DNA of 64,000 bases. Origin: the human T2T-CHM13v2.0 reference genome, Homo sapiens. The notes beneath the pieces were generated by a model, which was given only the letters and a program-made list of their open reading frames with translations, was not told the origin of the DNA and did not search any database. The first letter of the stretch is position 1; the number at the start of each line of letters is the position of its first letter. A program made the position numbers and the translations under genes. Below, piece after piece: positions 1 to 16,113 of the stretch. Location: assembly GCF_009914755.1 (NCBI RefSeq), contig NC_060948.1. One strand, written 5' to 3'.

Positions 1-39
1 TACAACTTCTATACTTGAATAAAACTGTCATCTTCAATA

Positions 40-525
40 GCTGTTTAATATATATTTATTTCTAGATAGTTGTATTTATGTACATTTACATAATTGTATT
101 TATATACAGTTTATATTACTGATGAAAGCCTTTATCACTTGCAAACTTACTTATACAAAATACAATTTATCTAAACATAAAATGTATTATATAAATATAA
201 GTTATATATTAATATATAGCATATACAATAAGTCATAAATATATAATAAAAATGTGTTTTGTATACTTATTTATTATATATTGAGTATAACTCATTTAAA
301 TACAATTTTTATATTATATAATGTATTATATATTGTGTAATAAATATAATTTATATATTGCTATTATATATACCTATTGTATATAAGATATAATAAAATC
401 CATCTAAATCTATAATAAAATATGTATATATTTATGTTCTGTATATGTATTTTTCTTGCTTTTTATGTATTAAAAATACATACAAACTATATATGTAGTA
501 TACTGCAAACTATATATATAGACAT
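40..525. repeat. AT-rich low-complexity (TA)n-like tract
   Basis: Almost entirely A/T with interspersed tatata runs. Confidence 0.9.
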
Positions 526-1095
526 GCATTTTCCAAAAGAAACTGTGTTATAGGTGGTGAGTGAACTTCTAGGCTGATTCACAGGAGCTATGGTTACTAT
601 GCGTAGTGGTCCATGGAAACTACAACTTTACTTTCAAGTGGAGCATAAGAGCTATAAATGACTGTAATATGATAGCAAGCACATCATGGCACTCTGTGAA
701 TCCTGAGAAATCGACCTTTCGTGTGTTTTGTGAACCAGTCAGGAAAGCTCATTTGAGTGGGAGGATGTGTCAAGCCATGTGTCTCTCCCACCGAGATGGA
801 TAGACAACATCTGCTTATAGACTGAGAAACTACCTGAGGTTGTGTGGAAGTCATGACAAATTGGCAATGTCCTCAGTGTGTTCGGGGTGGGAGGTGGTGA
901 TGTCCCTGGACCTATGCTTAGCTTTTATCCCTCTGTGGGACCAATTCTGTTGGCAAAATCACTTCTGTGGTCTTGCTCCAGATGAAAAATCAACATGGAA
1001 GGCTTAGGGGTTTAGTGCTCTAGTTAATGGCAAGAAAGAAAATCAGTGACTAAGATCAATTTATCCTTTTGTGCAAAACAGCTTTTTTATTGGAG

Positions 1096-1156
1096 GAGCT
1101 AGGTCTTATATAGAGCTAGCTCTTATATAGAGCAGGAGCTAGCTCTTATATAGAGC
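1096..1156. repeat. Short tandem repeat, ~3 copies of gagctagctcttatata
   Basis: gagctaggtcttatata-gagctagctcttatata-gagcag-gagctagctcttatata-gagc. Confidence 0.85.
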
Positions 1157-1374
1157 CACCTAGTATGTTCTTTCATTTGTCATTTTTATTGATCATCTAC
1201 TATATGCCAGATACAGGCCAGAAAGCAAATTCTGAGCTGGTAATGGAGAGGCAAAATAGGCCATCCCTGTACTCTAAAAAATCCTGCCTATGTGTGGATG
1301 TTCACAAGAACGTTGTTAAGATTTTTAGTTCAGGTATGGATTACTTTCTTTCATTTTTGTTGTATACATTACAT

Positions 1375-1555
1375 TTTTTTTCTTTCATCCTCATACCTCT
1401 CTCCTTCCCTTCCTTCCTTCTTCCCTTACTTCCCTCCCTCCTTCCTTCTTTTTCTCTATTTTCCTTCCTTTTTTTCTCTCCCTCCTTCCCTCCCTCCATC
1501 CTTCTTTCCTTCCTTCCTTCCTTCTTTCCTTCCTTTCTTCTTCCCTCTTTCCTTT
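1375..1555. repeat. Polypyrimidine (CTTC/CCTT/CTTT)n complex simple repeat
   Basis: Near-pure C/T tract with cttc and cctt units. Confidence 0.9.
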
Positions 1556-2220
1556 ATGCTATTTGGATGAGTGATAAAATCTCAAGGGTCCTTAAAATAT
1601 TAAAGGGAAAATGAAGATAATTCTATTGAAGAACAGATCAAATAGGAAAGAGTAATGAAAAGAAAGCTTCCTGGAATGAGAAATTAGCATGTTCTTTACA
1701 ATTTAATAGAATTTTTCATATACTATATTTGTATAGCTGGTTAGATTTTAAAACTTTGTCAAACCCTACATTTATAAAACCTTAGTTTTCATTTTAGTAA
1801 GTTATATGGATGAATGCACACATAAAGCAGATTACCTTGATTCAACAAAAACATTCAAATATTAGTGATCCTTTTTTTTTAACATATGGTAGTGGAAACA
1901 GCTTGATTAATTTATGGCTATTTCCTACATACTTTTTAAAATCAATAAGCAACAGTCAGATATTTCAGCATTTTTAAGGCATGAACAGTACCTTGAATTG
2001 TAATATATTTTAGTCTAAAACATCTGGTAACATCACAGGTAATTGCTTCAAACTCTACTGCCGCTCATATAATTTACTTTTTTCATCAATTTAAGGTCTT
2101 TTAGAGTCATGAGAGGACCTTTAAAATAGATAACATCACTCATACTATTGAGCTAGGATTGCTTAAAGATGGAGCATAGATTACATTGTCTCAGAGGAAA
2201 ATATTTTATGAAGATTCTTT

Positions 2221-2886
2221 TTTTTGTGTGTGTGTTCTTGGATACATGTGCAGAATGTGCAGGTTTGTGATAGAGTTATACATGTGCCATGGTGGTTTGC
2301 TGGACCTATCAACCAGCCATCTAGGTTTTAAGCCCCACATGCATTATGTATTTGTCCTAGAGCTTTGCCTCCCCCTTTCTCCCACCCTGCACCAGGCCCC
2401 AGTGTGTGAAATTCACCTCCCTGTGTCCCTGTATTCCCATTGTTCAGATTGGACTTATATGAGAACATGTGGTGCTGGTTTTCGGTTCCTCTGTTAGTTT
2501 GCTGAGAATGATGGTTTCCAGCTTCATCACGTTCATGGAAAGGACATGAACTCATTCTTTTTCATGGCTGCTTAGTATTCCATGGTGTATTTGTGCCACA
2601 TTTTTTTCTATCCAGTCTATCACTGATGGTCATTTAGTTTGGTTCCAAGTCTTTGCTATTGTAAACAGTGCTGCAGTAACCATACATGTGTATGCGTCTT
2701 TATAGTAGAATGATTTATAATCCTTTAGGTATATACGCAGTAATGGGATGGCTGAGTCATATGGTATTTATGGTTCTAGATCCCTGAGGAATCTCCACAC
2801 ACTCTTCTGCAATGGTTGAACTGATTCATAGCCAACAAACATGTGAAAAAAAGCTCATCATCACTGGTCATTAGAGAAATGCAAAT
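2221..2886 (-). mobile_element. Truncated L1PA (about PA7-PA10) 3' end with short 5' inversion
   Basis: Antisense L1 3'UTR/ORF2 end 2221-2826, then a sense fragment catagccaacaaacatg...gaaatgcaaat 2827-2886; TSD gattcttt at 2213-2220 and 2887-2894. Confidence 0.9.
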
Positions 2887-3393
2887 GATTCTTTAAAAAG
2901 TATAAGAACTCCCGAATCAGGTATTCTATCTTGAAGAGGCTCCCTGGTCCAATATTTCTGGAAAACCTCATGTATCATTTGCCTCTCTTGAATTTTACCC
3001 TGAAGACAGACACATTATGGCCTTAAAGCCTCCTATACTAATGGATTTAGCAGGCATACCAAATAACTTAAGGTTGGTTCTTTGTAATGAATTTTAATCA
3101 AATTAACTACCTAACAGTATTCAGAATACTTCCATTGACACAGAGCAGAAAGAAGTGCCAACAGGATATGAAGTATCTTTAAATTACCAAAATAATTTGG
3201 AGAAATGAACTTGTTGATTTTTTCTTTATTTTATTTACTTATTCAAAACTTGTTGAGTGCCAAGAAGTGGGATAAAAATACAATGAAATTGTTTATTTTT
3301 CCTATATTAACGATAGGCTAATATTATTTTGCACCTCTGGTCTTACTGGTCTTATGTTTGAGAACAAATAAGTTTTATCTGAATATTTTATCT

Positions 3394-3397
<4 letters not shown>

Positions 3398-3436
<39 letters not shown>
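3398..3436. repeat. (GT)n microsatellite, ~19-20 units
   Basis: Perfect gt run. Confidence 0.97.
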
Positions 3437-3438
<2 letters not shown>

Positions 3439-4848
3439 AATCTCTCATGTCCTGTCAAAAATTAAGAAAAAGAACAGTTTGATTCAGTCTTCACACATCT
3501 TTCTTAAACAGTTAAAGGCAAAATCATCAGAGCTACATGGCCCAAATATTAGCAGGTAGGTTCATGTTTGAATTCTCAGAGGGTGATTATGTAGTTCAAT
3601 TTTAACTCCTTCAACAGACAGACTACTATCGTTGATGAGCAAGGAGACAAAAGTATTTGATAAACATTATGTAGTTAATATTATCCTTGAGGGAGGGGAG
3701 AAGGCTGCCTGTCTTAGGTAATGCTTTCGATGGCAGGTTTGTCCTAGGCTTGAGGTAGCAGGCTTGCTCTTTTGGCTGAAGAAGCCCTAACATGCATACC
3801 AGTATTGCAAATTTACCCACATGCCAATTGTATGCTGTGGAAAGAAATGAATAATGTAGATCCCATTACAGAGAATGATGTGGAACAGATAGACTTAATG
3901 CATCAGAACCAGTGAGCAGTAGACAAGACATTTAGAAAATAACAACAGCAGTGAAAACAAATATAAACAAACCACAAACAAAACCATTACATTTGGGTTT
4001 CTGGTTGCCTGTTACCTCAGAGGGTTCTGGTTACAAGCTAAAATGTCTTGACCATTAGGAAGGTCAAGACAAGGCCCTTAATGCTGTGTAAAACAGTAAC
4101 AAACAGTAAGGGTGACCCAGGGAGAAAGGGTAACAAGTTACATTGAAGTTAAATACCAGGGAGAAAGTGTAGCAGTTACATGGAAATTAAATACCAGTTA
4201 CCTGTGCAGAGACTGAAAATACAAAGCAGACACAGGAACGGTAGTAGTAGAAGGCCTAGGGCAAGGGATTGGCGGGGCGGGGGTTGGGGGGATGGGGCGG
4301 GAATCTGAATTTGATCTGAATTTGTTGCAGCTTGAAATTGCAGCTTGAAACTAGCCAGCCAACTCTAATGAGGGCATTGATATGGGAAAAACACTACCTC
4401 AGAAAAAAAATCTGACAACCTAGGTAGAGATCAAATGGTACCATATTCTGAGGATGGAATAATAATTCACACATGGCTTCACATAAAATTTGTGTGACAA
4501 TGGTTATTTACTATGATTCAGTCTGCCATGACAATTTTACCAGTAAAATAACTTTCTAGGATTTATTTGATATCAGTTAATAAGCCTACCTTAAATGAAT
4601 AACCAGAATATGACAATTGAAAATTAATGTAAAATTACACAAATAGTTATGTGTCTAGATATTTCACAATCAAATGTATGTGGGCATTTAATCTAGTCAG
4701 ATCCAAATAATAAAAAATTCTTTCTTTCTAGACCAACATTTATCTTGATATTATACATACATATGTAAATTACAACCACATATTTGCATATGTAAATTAC
4801 ACAGCAATTTACACATAGATACATACATAGCTCACTTTTTGTTGGTGA

Positions 4849-5177
<329 letters not shown>

Positions 5178-5245
5178 GAAGGTTTTTAAAATAATAATTA
5201 TTCTACCTGTAATGCCATAGCAGTATTGGTAAAAAGTTCAAATGT

Positions 5246-5545
5246 GGCTGGGTGGAGTGCCTCATTCCTGTAATTCTAGCATTTTGGAAGGCCAACACAG
5301 GAGCATTACTTGAGTCCAGCACTTTGAGAGCAGCCTGGAAAACCCTATATGTACAGAAAATAAAAAAAAAATAAAAAATAGAGTAAGCCAGGTGTGGGTG
5401 GTGCATGTCTGTATCCCTGCTACTCAGGAGGCTGAGGTATAAGGATCACTTGAGGAGTTTATCAGTAGTTTGAGGCTGCAGTAGGCTATGACCTCACCAC
5501 TGCATTGCAACCTGGGCAACAGACTGACACCCTGTCTTTTAAAAA
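5246..5545 (+). mobile_element. Old Alu (AluJ-like)
   Basis: Dimeric Alu with A-rich linker, strongly diverged. Confidence 0.88.
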
Positions 5546-5993
5546 GAATTCAATTGCATCATTTATGTGGACAGATTTGACTGGTGTCATTCTGTTGCTG
5601 AATCATTCCAAGGTATGCACTTACCTTTTCTCTCTTGAAACAGCTTATGCAAAAACAAACAACTAAATAGAGAAGCAGTTTGCAAAACTATATTTAAAGG
5701 TAAACCATACTCCCTCACCCCCAACTCCACAAAAATAGTTTTATGTAGAGAAACCACAGATGGTGCAGCCCCCAAATCTGGAGCATCCTCAGGTACCTTG
5801 GGGTATTCTGGAGTGAAAGACTAAATCTCAGAGGCTTTTGGTCACACTTGGGTAGGCATCCTGATTGGCTAGTGAAGAAACAGCTGTCCCTGCTGTGGTC
5901 AGTTTCAGCCTTTCCTGGAAGGGAATTTTCCAGCATTGGGTGTTCCTGTAGATGCTTATAGCAAGTTATGTTCAATGAAGCCAACTGCATCCT

Positions 5994-6143
5994 GATTTAT
6001 CTGTTATTCAATCTGTGCTGCATAATAAAAAAGGTCTGCTTTGAAAATGAAATCATGCACTTTGCTTTATTTTGCCCATTTGATATTTCTTCTAATGTTG
6101 TAAGCTTCTCATGAATTGGCATAAGCAGATATGTTACAAATTG
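5994..6143 (+). repeat. Left arm of ~150 bp inverted repeat
   Basis: Reverse complement of 6929-7077 at ~90% identity by manual alignment. Confidence 0.92.
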
Positions 6144-6296
6144 ATCCATCCAGGACATCCTTGCTAGTCTTAGCTCACCATAGCAAGTCAGAATGGAAGA
6201 CAGTTGCTTCTCCTCCCTTCCTCTCCCCATCCCACCTCACATCTGACATCCTTCTCCTCTGAGGAAAAATAATCCTCTGTTCAAATTTAAAAGCAT

Positions 6297-6594
<298 letters not shown>

Positions 6595-6928
6595 TTACTG
6601 TCCACATCTTTCAGCTATTTAACACTTCACTGGGATTGTGAAGTGAAATGGAGTGCCATTATTACCTTGTTAGCCACTTTCAATTTGGAAAGGTAAAAAT
6701 GTCCTTCAATGGCTATTGAACTGCCTGCACTGAATTTAAAGTACAGTTTGTTGGAATATTCGTGATGAAGTTGAAAAATAGAATTACAGATTATTAGGAC
6801 TTGAATGTACTTGAGGAATCATTTGTATTCCCTCATGTACACAAGGAAATGGAGTCACAGAAAGTTTCAGGGATTTATCCCCATACTTTTAAACACTGAA
6901 ATGTTCCCAAAATGAAATGAAATACTTC

Positions 6929-7077
6929 CAATTGTTAACATATCCGCTTATGTCAATTCATGACAAGCTTACAAAATTAGAAGAAACATCAAATGGGCAA
7001 AATAATGTGAAGTGCATGATTTCATTTTCAAAACAGACTTTTTTATTATGCAGCAGAGATCGAATAAGAGATAAATC
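6929..7077 (-). repeat. Right arm of ~150 bp inverted repeat
   Basis: Reverse complement of 5994-6143. Confidence 0.92.
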
Positions 7078-7395
7078 ATTTTGATGAAAGGAACAATGAG
7101 AGAAAGCAAAGAAAGACATGTCCTGCATTAAAAGCTGCATTTGATGGTAACTCATTTTGTTTTATGAGTTATGATGAATGCATCTTAGCTGTTTCTAACC
7201 TCCCTCCCATTCCCTATTTTTATTTGTCAGTTAAAGCACAGCATTTTTCCCTTTTTTTTTGAAGTGTTAATTAATTGCATTTGTTTAATGCATCTTGCTG
7301 TGTCTCAAGCATGGTTAACAAGGGATAATGCCTTTTTTCAGGGATGATTCCTTCCTTTCCTTACGGGGCTTTGTCTGTGATGGGAACTTTGTGTT

Positions 7396-7533
7396 TTATT
7401 TATTTATTTTCTTTTTAAGAGACAGGGTCTAATCAGGTTGCACAGGCTGGTCTCAAACTCCTGGGCTCAAGGGATCCTTCTGACTGACCTCTTGAAACAT
7501 TGGGATTACAGGCGTGAGCCACCGCACTTGGCT
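7396..7533 (-). mobile_element. Alu monomer (FLAM / AluJ left arm)
   Basis: T-rich tail, gagacagggtct...ggctggtctcaaactcctgggctcaag...gggattacaggcgtgagccac. Confidence 0.85.
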
Positions 7534-7764
7534 CTATCTTTCTGCAAAAACCTAGCAATTCTAATTCTCTCTCCATCTATGTCTAGACCAGGGAGATATA
7601 ATCAAGAGAAAAGAAACAACTACCTTCATTAGATTAAGAGTCAAAAGGGCCTACAGGCAAAAAGACTCCAGGACCCTCTTGAGTGAGCCTGTGCATTGAA
7701 ATCTTCAGCTTCATAGAGACACAGAAGTCCAAATAGGAAGTTGGATTTGCCCTATTTTCTTAGC

Positions 7765-7930
7765 CTCTTCTAGTCTGTGACCGTTTCTTAGTCTTTCCTT
7801 GTTTTTCATGACCTTAATAGTTTTTTGGTATTAATATTATGGAGAATGTCCACCACCTGGGGTCTGTCTGATGTTTTAGACAGGGATATGTGTTTTGGGG
7901 AGGAAATCTGCAGAGATGAATCAATCATTT
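7765..7930 (-). mobile_element. Ancient L1 (L1MC-like) 3' fragment
   Basis: ctgtgaccgtttcttagtctttccttgtttttcatgacctt...gtctgatgtttt...ttttggggaggaa resembles recalled L1MC 3' consensus. Confidence 0.55.
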
Positions 7931-8564
7931 ATATCACTATGGGCACATGGATGTTTTGGATATGCTTTAGGTTTTAATTCAACACTACACTACTGTGACT
8001 TGCTCTACTTTATATTCTTTGTGGCCATGATGAGACACTAAAACATCTATTCACTTGAATAGCAAGTAAATGAGAGGACTCAATGGCAAATGACTGTTAT
8101 GCTTTAACATATCCAGTTCTTTGTATATTTTTTGACATTTAGGTTATTTTAATGCCTTTGCTCCTCTAAGGTATTTCCTTCTTCTTTTTTTTTTTTTTTT
8201 GCTCCACACCCCTCCCTCCTCTAACTTGTTTCCAAATTCTTCCTTGTAAATTGTGCATTCCTCATTCTAGGGGCATTACTTATTTTCTTTTGCTTGCTTC
8301 AAAAAACACTCTGCATTGGTCTGTACACATTTTCCCTCTTATATCCTTTCTGTAAGCATTTGTATTCAGTTGAAATCTTATGGAATACTTTACCACAGAA
8401 AATTTCTGGTGTATACCAAAAAAGGGAATGAAAATAGAATAATGGATCCCATTTGCCCATCATTTGCTTCAGCAATTATAAATGCATAGCATAATCTTTA
8501 GTATTTAACCTCATTTATGTTTCCATTCTTATTATGGCATGATGCAATTTATTTAAAGATAGTT

Positions 8565-11500
8565 TGGTGAGAACCATTCACTCCCCTGGAAAGGAGGCTG
8601 AAGCCCAAAAGTCAAAGTGGTGTGGCTCGGTGGGTCCCATCCCCACTGAGTCCGGCAAGCCAAGATCCACTGGCTTGAAATCTCGCTGCCAGCACAGCAG
8701 TCTTAGGTCAACCTGGGACACTCCAGCTTGGTGTGTGTGTGTGTGTGTGTGTGTGGTGGGGGGGCGGGGGGGGCACATCCACCATTGCCAAGGCTTGAGT
8801 TGGCAGTTTTACCCCCACAGTTGTAAAGAAAGCCGCCTGGCAGTTCAAACTGGTCAGAGCTCTCCACAGCTCATCAAGGCCACTGTGGCAAGACTGCCCC
8901 TCTAGATTCTTCTTCTCTGGTCAGGGCATCTCTAAAAAAAAGGCAGCAGCTCAGTCAGGCACATATAGTTAAAACCCCTATCTCCCTGGGACAGAGCAAC
9001 TGGGGGAAAGGGCAGCTGTGGGTGCAGCTTCAGCAGACTTAAACGTCCCTCCCTGATGGCTCTGAAGAGAGCAAAGGATCTCCCAGCACAGTGTTCAAGC
9101 TCTGCTAAGGGTCAGACTGCCTCCTCAAATGGGTCTCTGAAACTTGTGTATCCTGACTGGGACACACCACCCAGCGGGGGCCAACGGACACCTCATACAG
9201 GAGAGCTCTTGCTGGCATCTGGCTGGTGCCCCTCTGGGACAAAACTTTTAGAGGAAGGAGCAGGCAGCAATCTTTGCTGCTCTGCAGCCTCCACTGGTGA
9301 TACCAAGGCAAACAGGGTGTGGGATGAACCTGGAGCAATCTCCAGCAGAACTGCAGCAGAGGGGCCTGTTAGAATGAGAACTAACAAACAGAAAGGAATA
9401 GCACATCCACTCAGAGGCCCCATCTGAAGGTCACCAACATCAAAAAACAAAGGTAGATGAATCCATGAAGATGGAGAGAAACCAGTGTAAAAGGCTGAAA
9501 ATTCCAAAAACCAGAATGCCTCTCCTCCTCCAAAGGATCACAACTCCTCACAAGCAAGGGAACAAAACTGGATGGAGAATGAGTTTGATGAATTGACAGA
9601 AGTGGGCTTCAGAACGTGGGTAATAGCAAATTCCTCTGAGCTAAAGAAGCATGTTCTAACCCAATGCCAGGAAGCTAAGAACCTTGAAGAAAGGTTAGAT
9701 GAATTTCTAACTAGAATAACCAGATTAGAGAAGAACATAAATGACCTGATGGAGCTGAAAAACACAGCATGAGAACTTCATGAAGCTTACACAAATATCA
9801 ATAGCTGAATTGATCAAGTGGAAGAAAGGATATCAGAGACTGAAGATCAACTCAATGAAATAAAGCAAGAAGATAAGATTAGAGAAAAAAGAATGAAAAG
9901 CAACGAACAAAGCCTCCAAGAAATGTGGGACTTTGTGAAAAGACCAAATTTAAGTTGAAGTGGTGTACCTGAAAGTGACGGGGAGAATGGAACCAAGTTG
10001 AAAAACACTCTTCAGGATGTTATCAAGGAGAACTTCCCCAACCTAGCAAGGCAAGCCAACATTAAAATTCAGGATATACAGACAACACCACAAAGATACT
10101 TCTCCAGAAGAGCAACACCAAGATACATAATCATCAGATTCACAAAGGTTGAAATGAAGGAAAAAATGTTATGGGCAGCCAGAGAGAAAGGTCATGTTAC
10201 CCACAAAGGGAAGCCTGTAAGGCTAATAGCACATCTCTCTTCAGAAACACTGCAAGCCAGAAGAGAGTGGGGGCCAGTATTCAACATTCTTAAAGAAAAG
10301 AATTTTCAACCCAGAATTTCATATCTAGCCAAACTAAGCTTCATAAGGGAAGGAGAAATACAATCCTTTACAGACAAGCAAATGCTGAGAGATTTTGTCA
10401 CTATCAGGCCTGCGTTACTGGTGCTCCTGAAGGAATCAGTAAATATGGAAAGAACAACTGGTACCAGTCACTGCAAAAACATATCAAATTGTAAAGACCA
10501 TTGACACTATGAAGAAACTGCATCAAATAATGTGCAAAATAACCAGCTAGCATCATAATAACAGGATCAAATTCATACATAACAATATTAACCTTAAATG
10601 TAAATGGGCTAAAAGCTCCAATCAAAAGGCACAGACTGGCAAATAGGCTAAAGCGTTAACACTCATTGGTGAGCTCTATTCAGGAGACTCATCTCATGCA
10701 AAGACATACATAGGCCCAAAGTAAAGGGATGGAGGAATATTTACCAAGCAAATGGAAAGCAAAATAAAAAAGCAGGGGTTGCAATCCTAGTCTCTGATAA
10801 AACTCACTTTAAATCAACAAAGATCTAGAGACTAGGACATTACATAATGGTAAAGGGATCAATGCAAGAAGAAGAGCTAACTATCCTAAATACATATGCC
10901 CCTAGTACAGGAGCACACAGATTCATAAAACAAGTTCTTAGAGACCTACAATGAGACTTAGAATGCCACACAGTAATAGTGGGAGACTTTAACACCCCAC
11001 TGTCAATATTAGACTGAACAATGAGACAGAAAATTAGCAAGGATATTCAGGACTTGAACTCCGCTCTGGATCAAGTTAGATCAAGTGGACCTAACAGACA
11101 TCTATAGAAGTCTACATCTCAAATCAACAGAATATACATTCCTCTCAGCACTTCATCTCAATTCTTCTAAAATTGACCACATAATTGGAAGCAAAGCACT
11201 CCTCAGCAAATGCAAATGAATGGAAGTCATAACAAACAGTCTCTCAGACTGCAGTGCAATCAAATTAGAACTCAGGATTATAAATCATTCTACTATAAAG
11301 ACACATGCACACATATATGTATTGCGGCACTATTCACAATAGCACAGGCTTGGAACCAACCCAAATGCCCATCAGTGATAGACTAGATAAAGAAAATGTG
11401 GCACATGTACACCATAGAATACTACACAGCCATAAAAAGGATGAGTTCATGTCCTTTGCAGGGACTTGGGTGAAGCCGGAAGCCATCATTCTTAGCAAAC

Positions 11501-11770
11501 TAACAAAGGGACAGAAAACCAAACACCACATGTTCCCACTCATAAGTGCAAGTTGAACAATGAGAACACATGGACACAGGGAGGGGAACATCACATACCA
11601 GGGCCTGTGGTGGGGGTGGGGGGCAAGGATACTATTAAGAGAAATACCTCATCTAGATGACTAGATGACGAGCTAATGGATGCAGCAAACCACTATGTCA
11701 TGTATATACCTATGTAACAAACCTGCACGTTCTGCATATGTACCCCAGAATGTAGAGTATACATAAAAAA
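8565..11770 (+). mobile_element. L1PA7/8-like element: partial 5'UTR, disrupted ORF1, ORF2 endonuclease region fused to the ORF2 end, 3'UTR
   Basis: ORF1 peptides (MENEFDELTEVGFR, ENFPNLARQANI, FTKVEMKEKML); ORF2 start mutated (ataacaggatc at ~10558); deletion junction 11274-11280; 3'UTR and A tail at ~11765. Confidence 0.95.
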
Positions 11771-12269
11771 GATCTTTCAGTACATTGCTGTAAAATATAG
11801 GAACCATTTTATTTTATTTAGCTGCAGAATCTTTTCCATGCCTAAAATTATCAACAATAATTCCTCTATGTCACCAACTATCAAATTATAAATGTCAAAA
11901 TAATATTTTCATAGTTTGCTAACTCACACAAGGTCTATGCACTACAATCAGTTGATTTGTCTTTTACATTTCTTTTAACTGATATAGATTTCTTATCCTT
12001 TTATGCACATTCTTGTTGGAAAAAACTGCTCTTTTTACTCTACATGAAAATGGGTTTTAGAGTCGGAAAATTTAGCTGTCAAGTTATTTTAGAAGGAACG
12101 TGAGTATTTTCCATAATGCTCAGTCTTAGGTTACCAACTCCTTAGGAGCAAATGCTGTGTGACTTGGTAGTGATCTACCCAGAAGGAATGCTGCTGGGTA
12201 AATTTGGCCAGCTTGTGTGACAGCTCTTTGGACTCACTATGTCTCAGTTTCATCTACTTTTAACAGTGT

Positions 12270-12383
12270 TTTATTTTGAAGATAGTTTCTGACTCTGTCA
12301 CCCATGCTGGAGTGCAGTGATGCAATCATAGCTCGATGCAGCCTTGAACTTCTGGGCTCTAGAAGTCTTCCCACATCAGCCTC
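12270..12383 (-). mobile_element. Alu right-arm fragment (AluJ/FRAM)
   Basis: actctgtcacccatgctggagtgcagtgatgcaatcatagctc. Confidence 0.8.
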
Positions 12384-12470
12384 ATATTATCTAGTACCTG
12401 GCAGAGATACAGATCTGATGAGAAACAAAGATAAAGGGGTGTCAGAAGGTAGCTTTTGCTGCATCATCAG

Positions 12471-12527
12471 ACACGCACACATGCGCACACACACGTGCAT
12501 GCATACACACATGTGTACGCACACACA
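12471..12527. repeat. Imperfect (CA)/(CG)/(TG) alternating purine-pyrimidine tract
   Basis: acacgcacacatgcgcacacacacgtgcatgcatacacac. Confidence 0.8.
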
Positions 12528-13323
12528 ATCAACTGCAATTTTTTCCTCTTTACCAACCCACAGTTAGCTGAAATTATCATTAGGGTATTTCTAGGTTATA
12601 TGTGCACACACAACCTACTTAAGTTCTGAGCTCAATATTCTGTTTTATTCTTTCCTGTTCAGAAGCCAGCATCCATAGCTCTGGGTCTCATTATTTGCTT
12701 TTTGTCGTCCAGTTGTGCTCTACTGATTTAAAAGTTATCTTTACATTTTCAGTTTCCCAGTCAATTCAAGCCAAAGCATATTTATTGGGCATCTACCATG
12801 TGCTATGGACTGTGAGAGACTTAAAGATTAATAACAACAACCATAAAAACTCATTGATATGCTGGGCATTATTTCTCTCCCCATGGCCTCCAAATGCTTG
12901 GCCCATAATTCAAAACACTACAGCAACTTGAAGGCAGCAGATTGTTTCTCATTTCAGGGATCCACAGGTTTATGCCTTCTCAAACAAAGGTCTGGTAATT
13001 CCAGGCTGCATGCAGCTATTCTTCCTTTAAAGACTGAGAAACCATGCATACAACATCTTTTCTTCCTTCTTCGTTTATACAATTGATAATTACATATTGA
13101 CATCTTACTTTGAGAAAGTCGTCATACTGGATACCGTCAGTCATAGAAACAGAGATAAGATTCAACCTCTGATCCCAAGGAAGGCAGACTCTTAGTAAGG
13201 AAGTCAAAACAATAAATGAAAATGCCCATACTGCAAGGCATGCACATCATACATTCCATAAGTGGGTAAAAACATGCCTTGGCAGCACAGAATCTTGCTT
13301 TCCATTTGTGTCATTGAGGACAG

Positions 13324-16113
<2,790 letters not shown>

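Noticed and set aside
1165-1614. 149-aa hydrophobic ORF
   Set aside because: Open only because it crosses the stop-free C/T simple repeat
8565-11280. Similarity to 32921-35652 as a segmental duplication or second conversion tract
   Set aside because: Differences are scattered throughout, as expected for independent copies of one L1 subfamily
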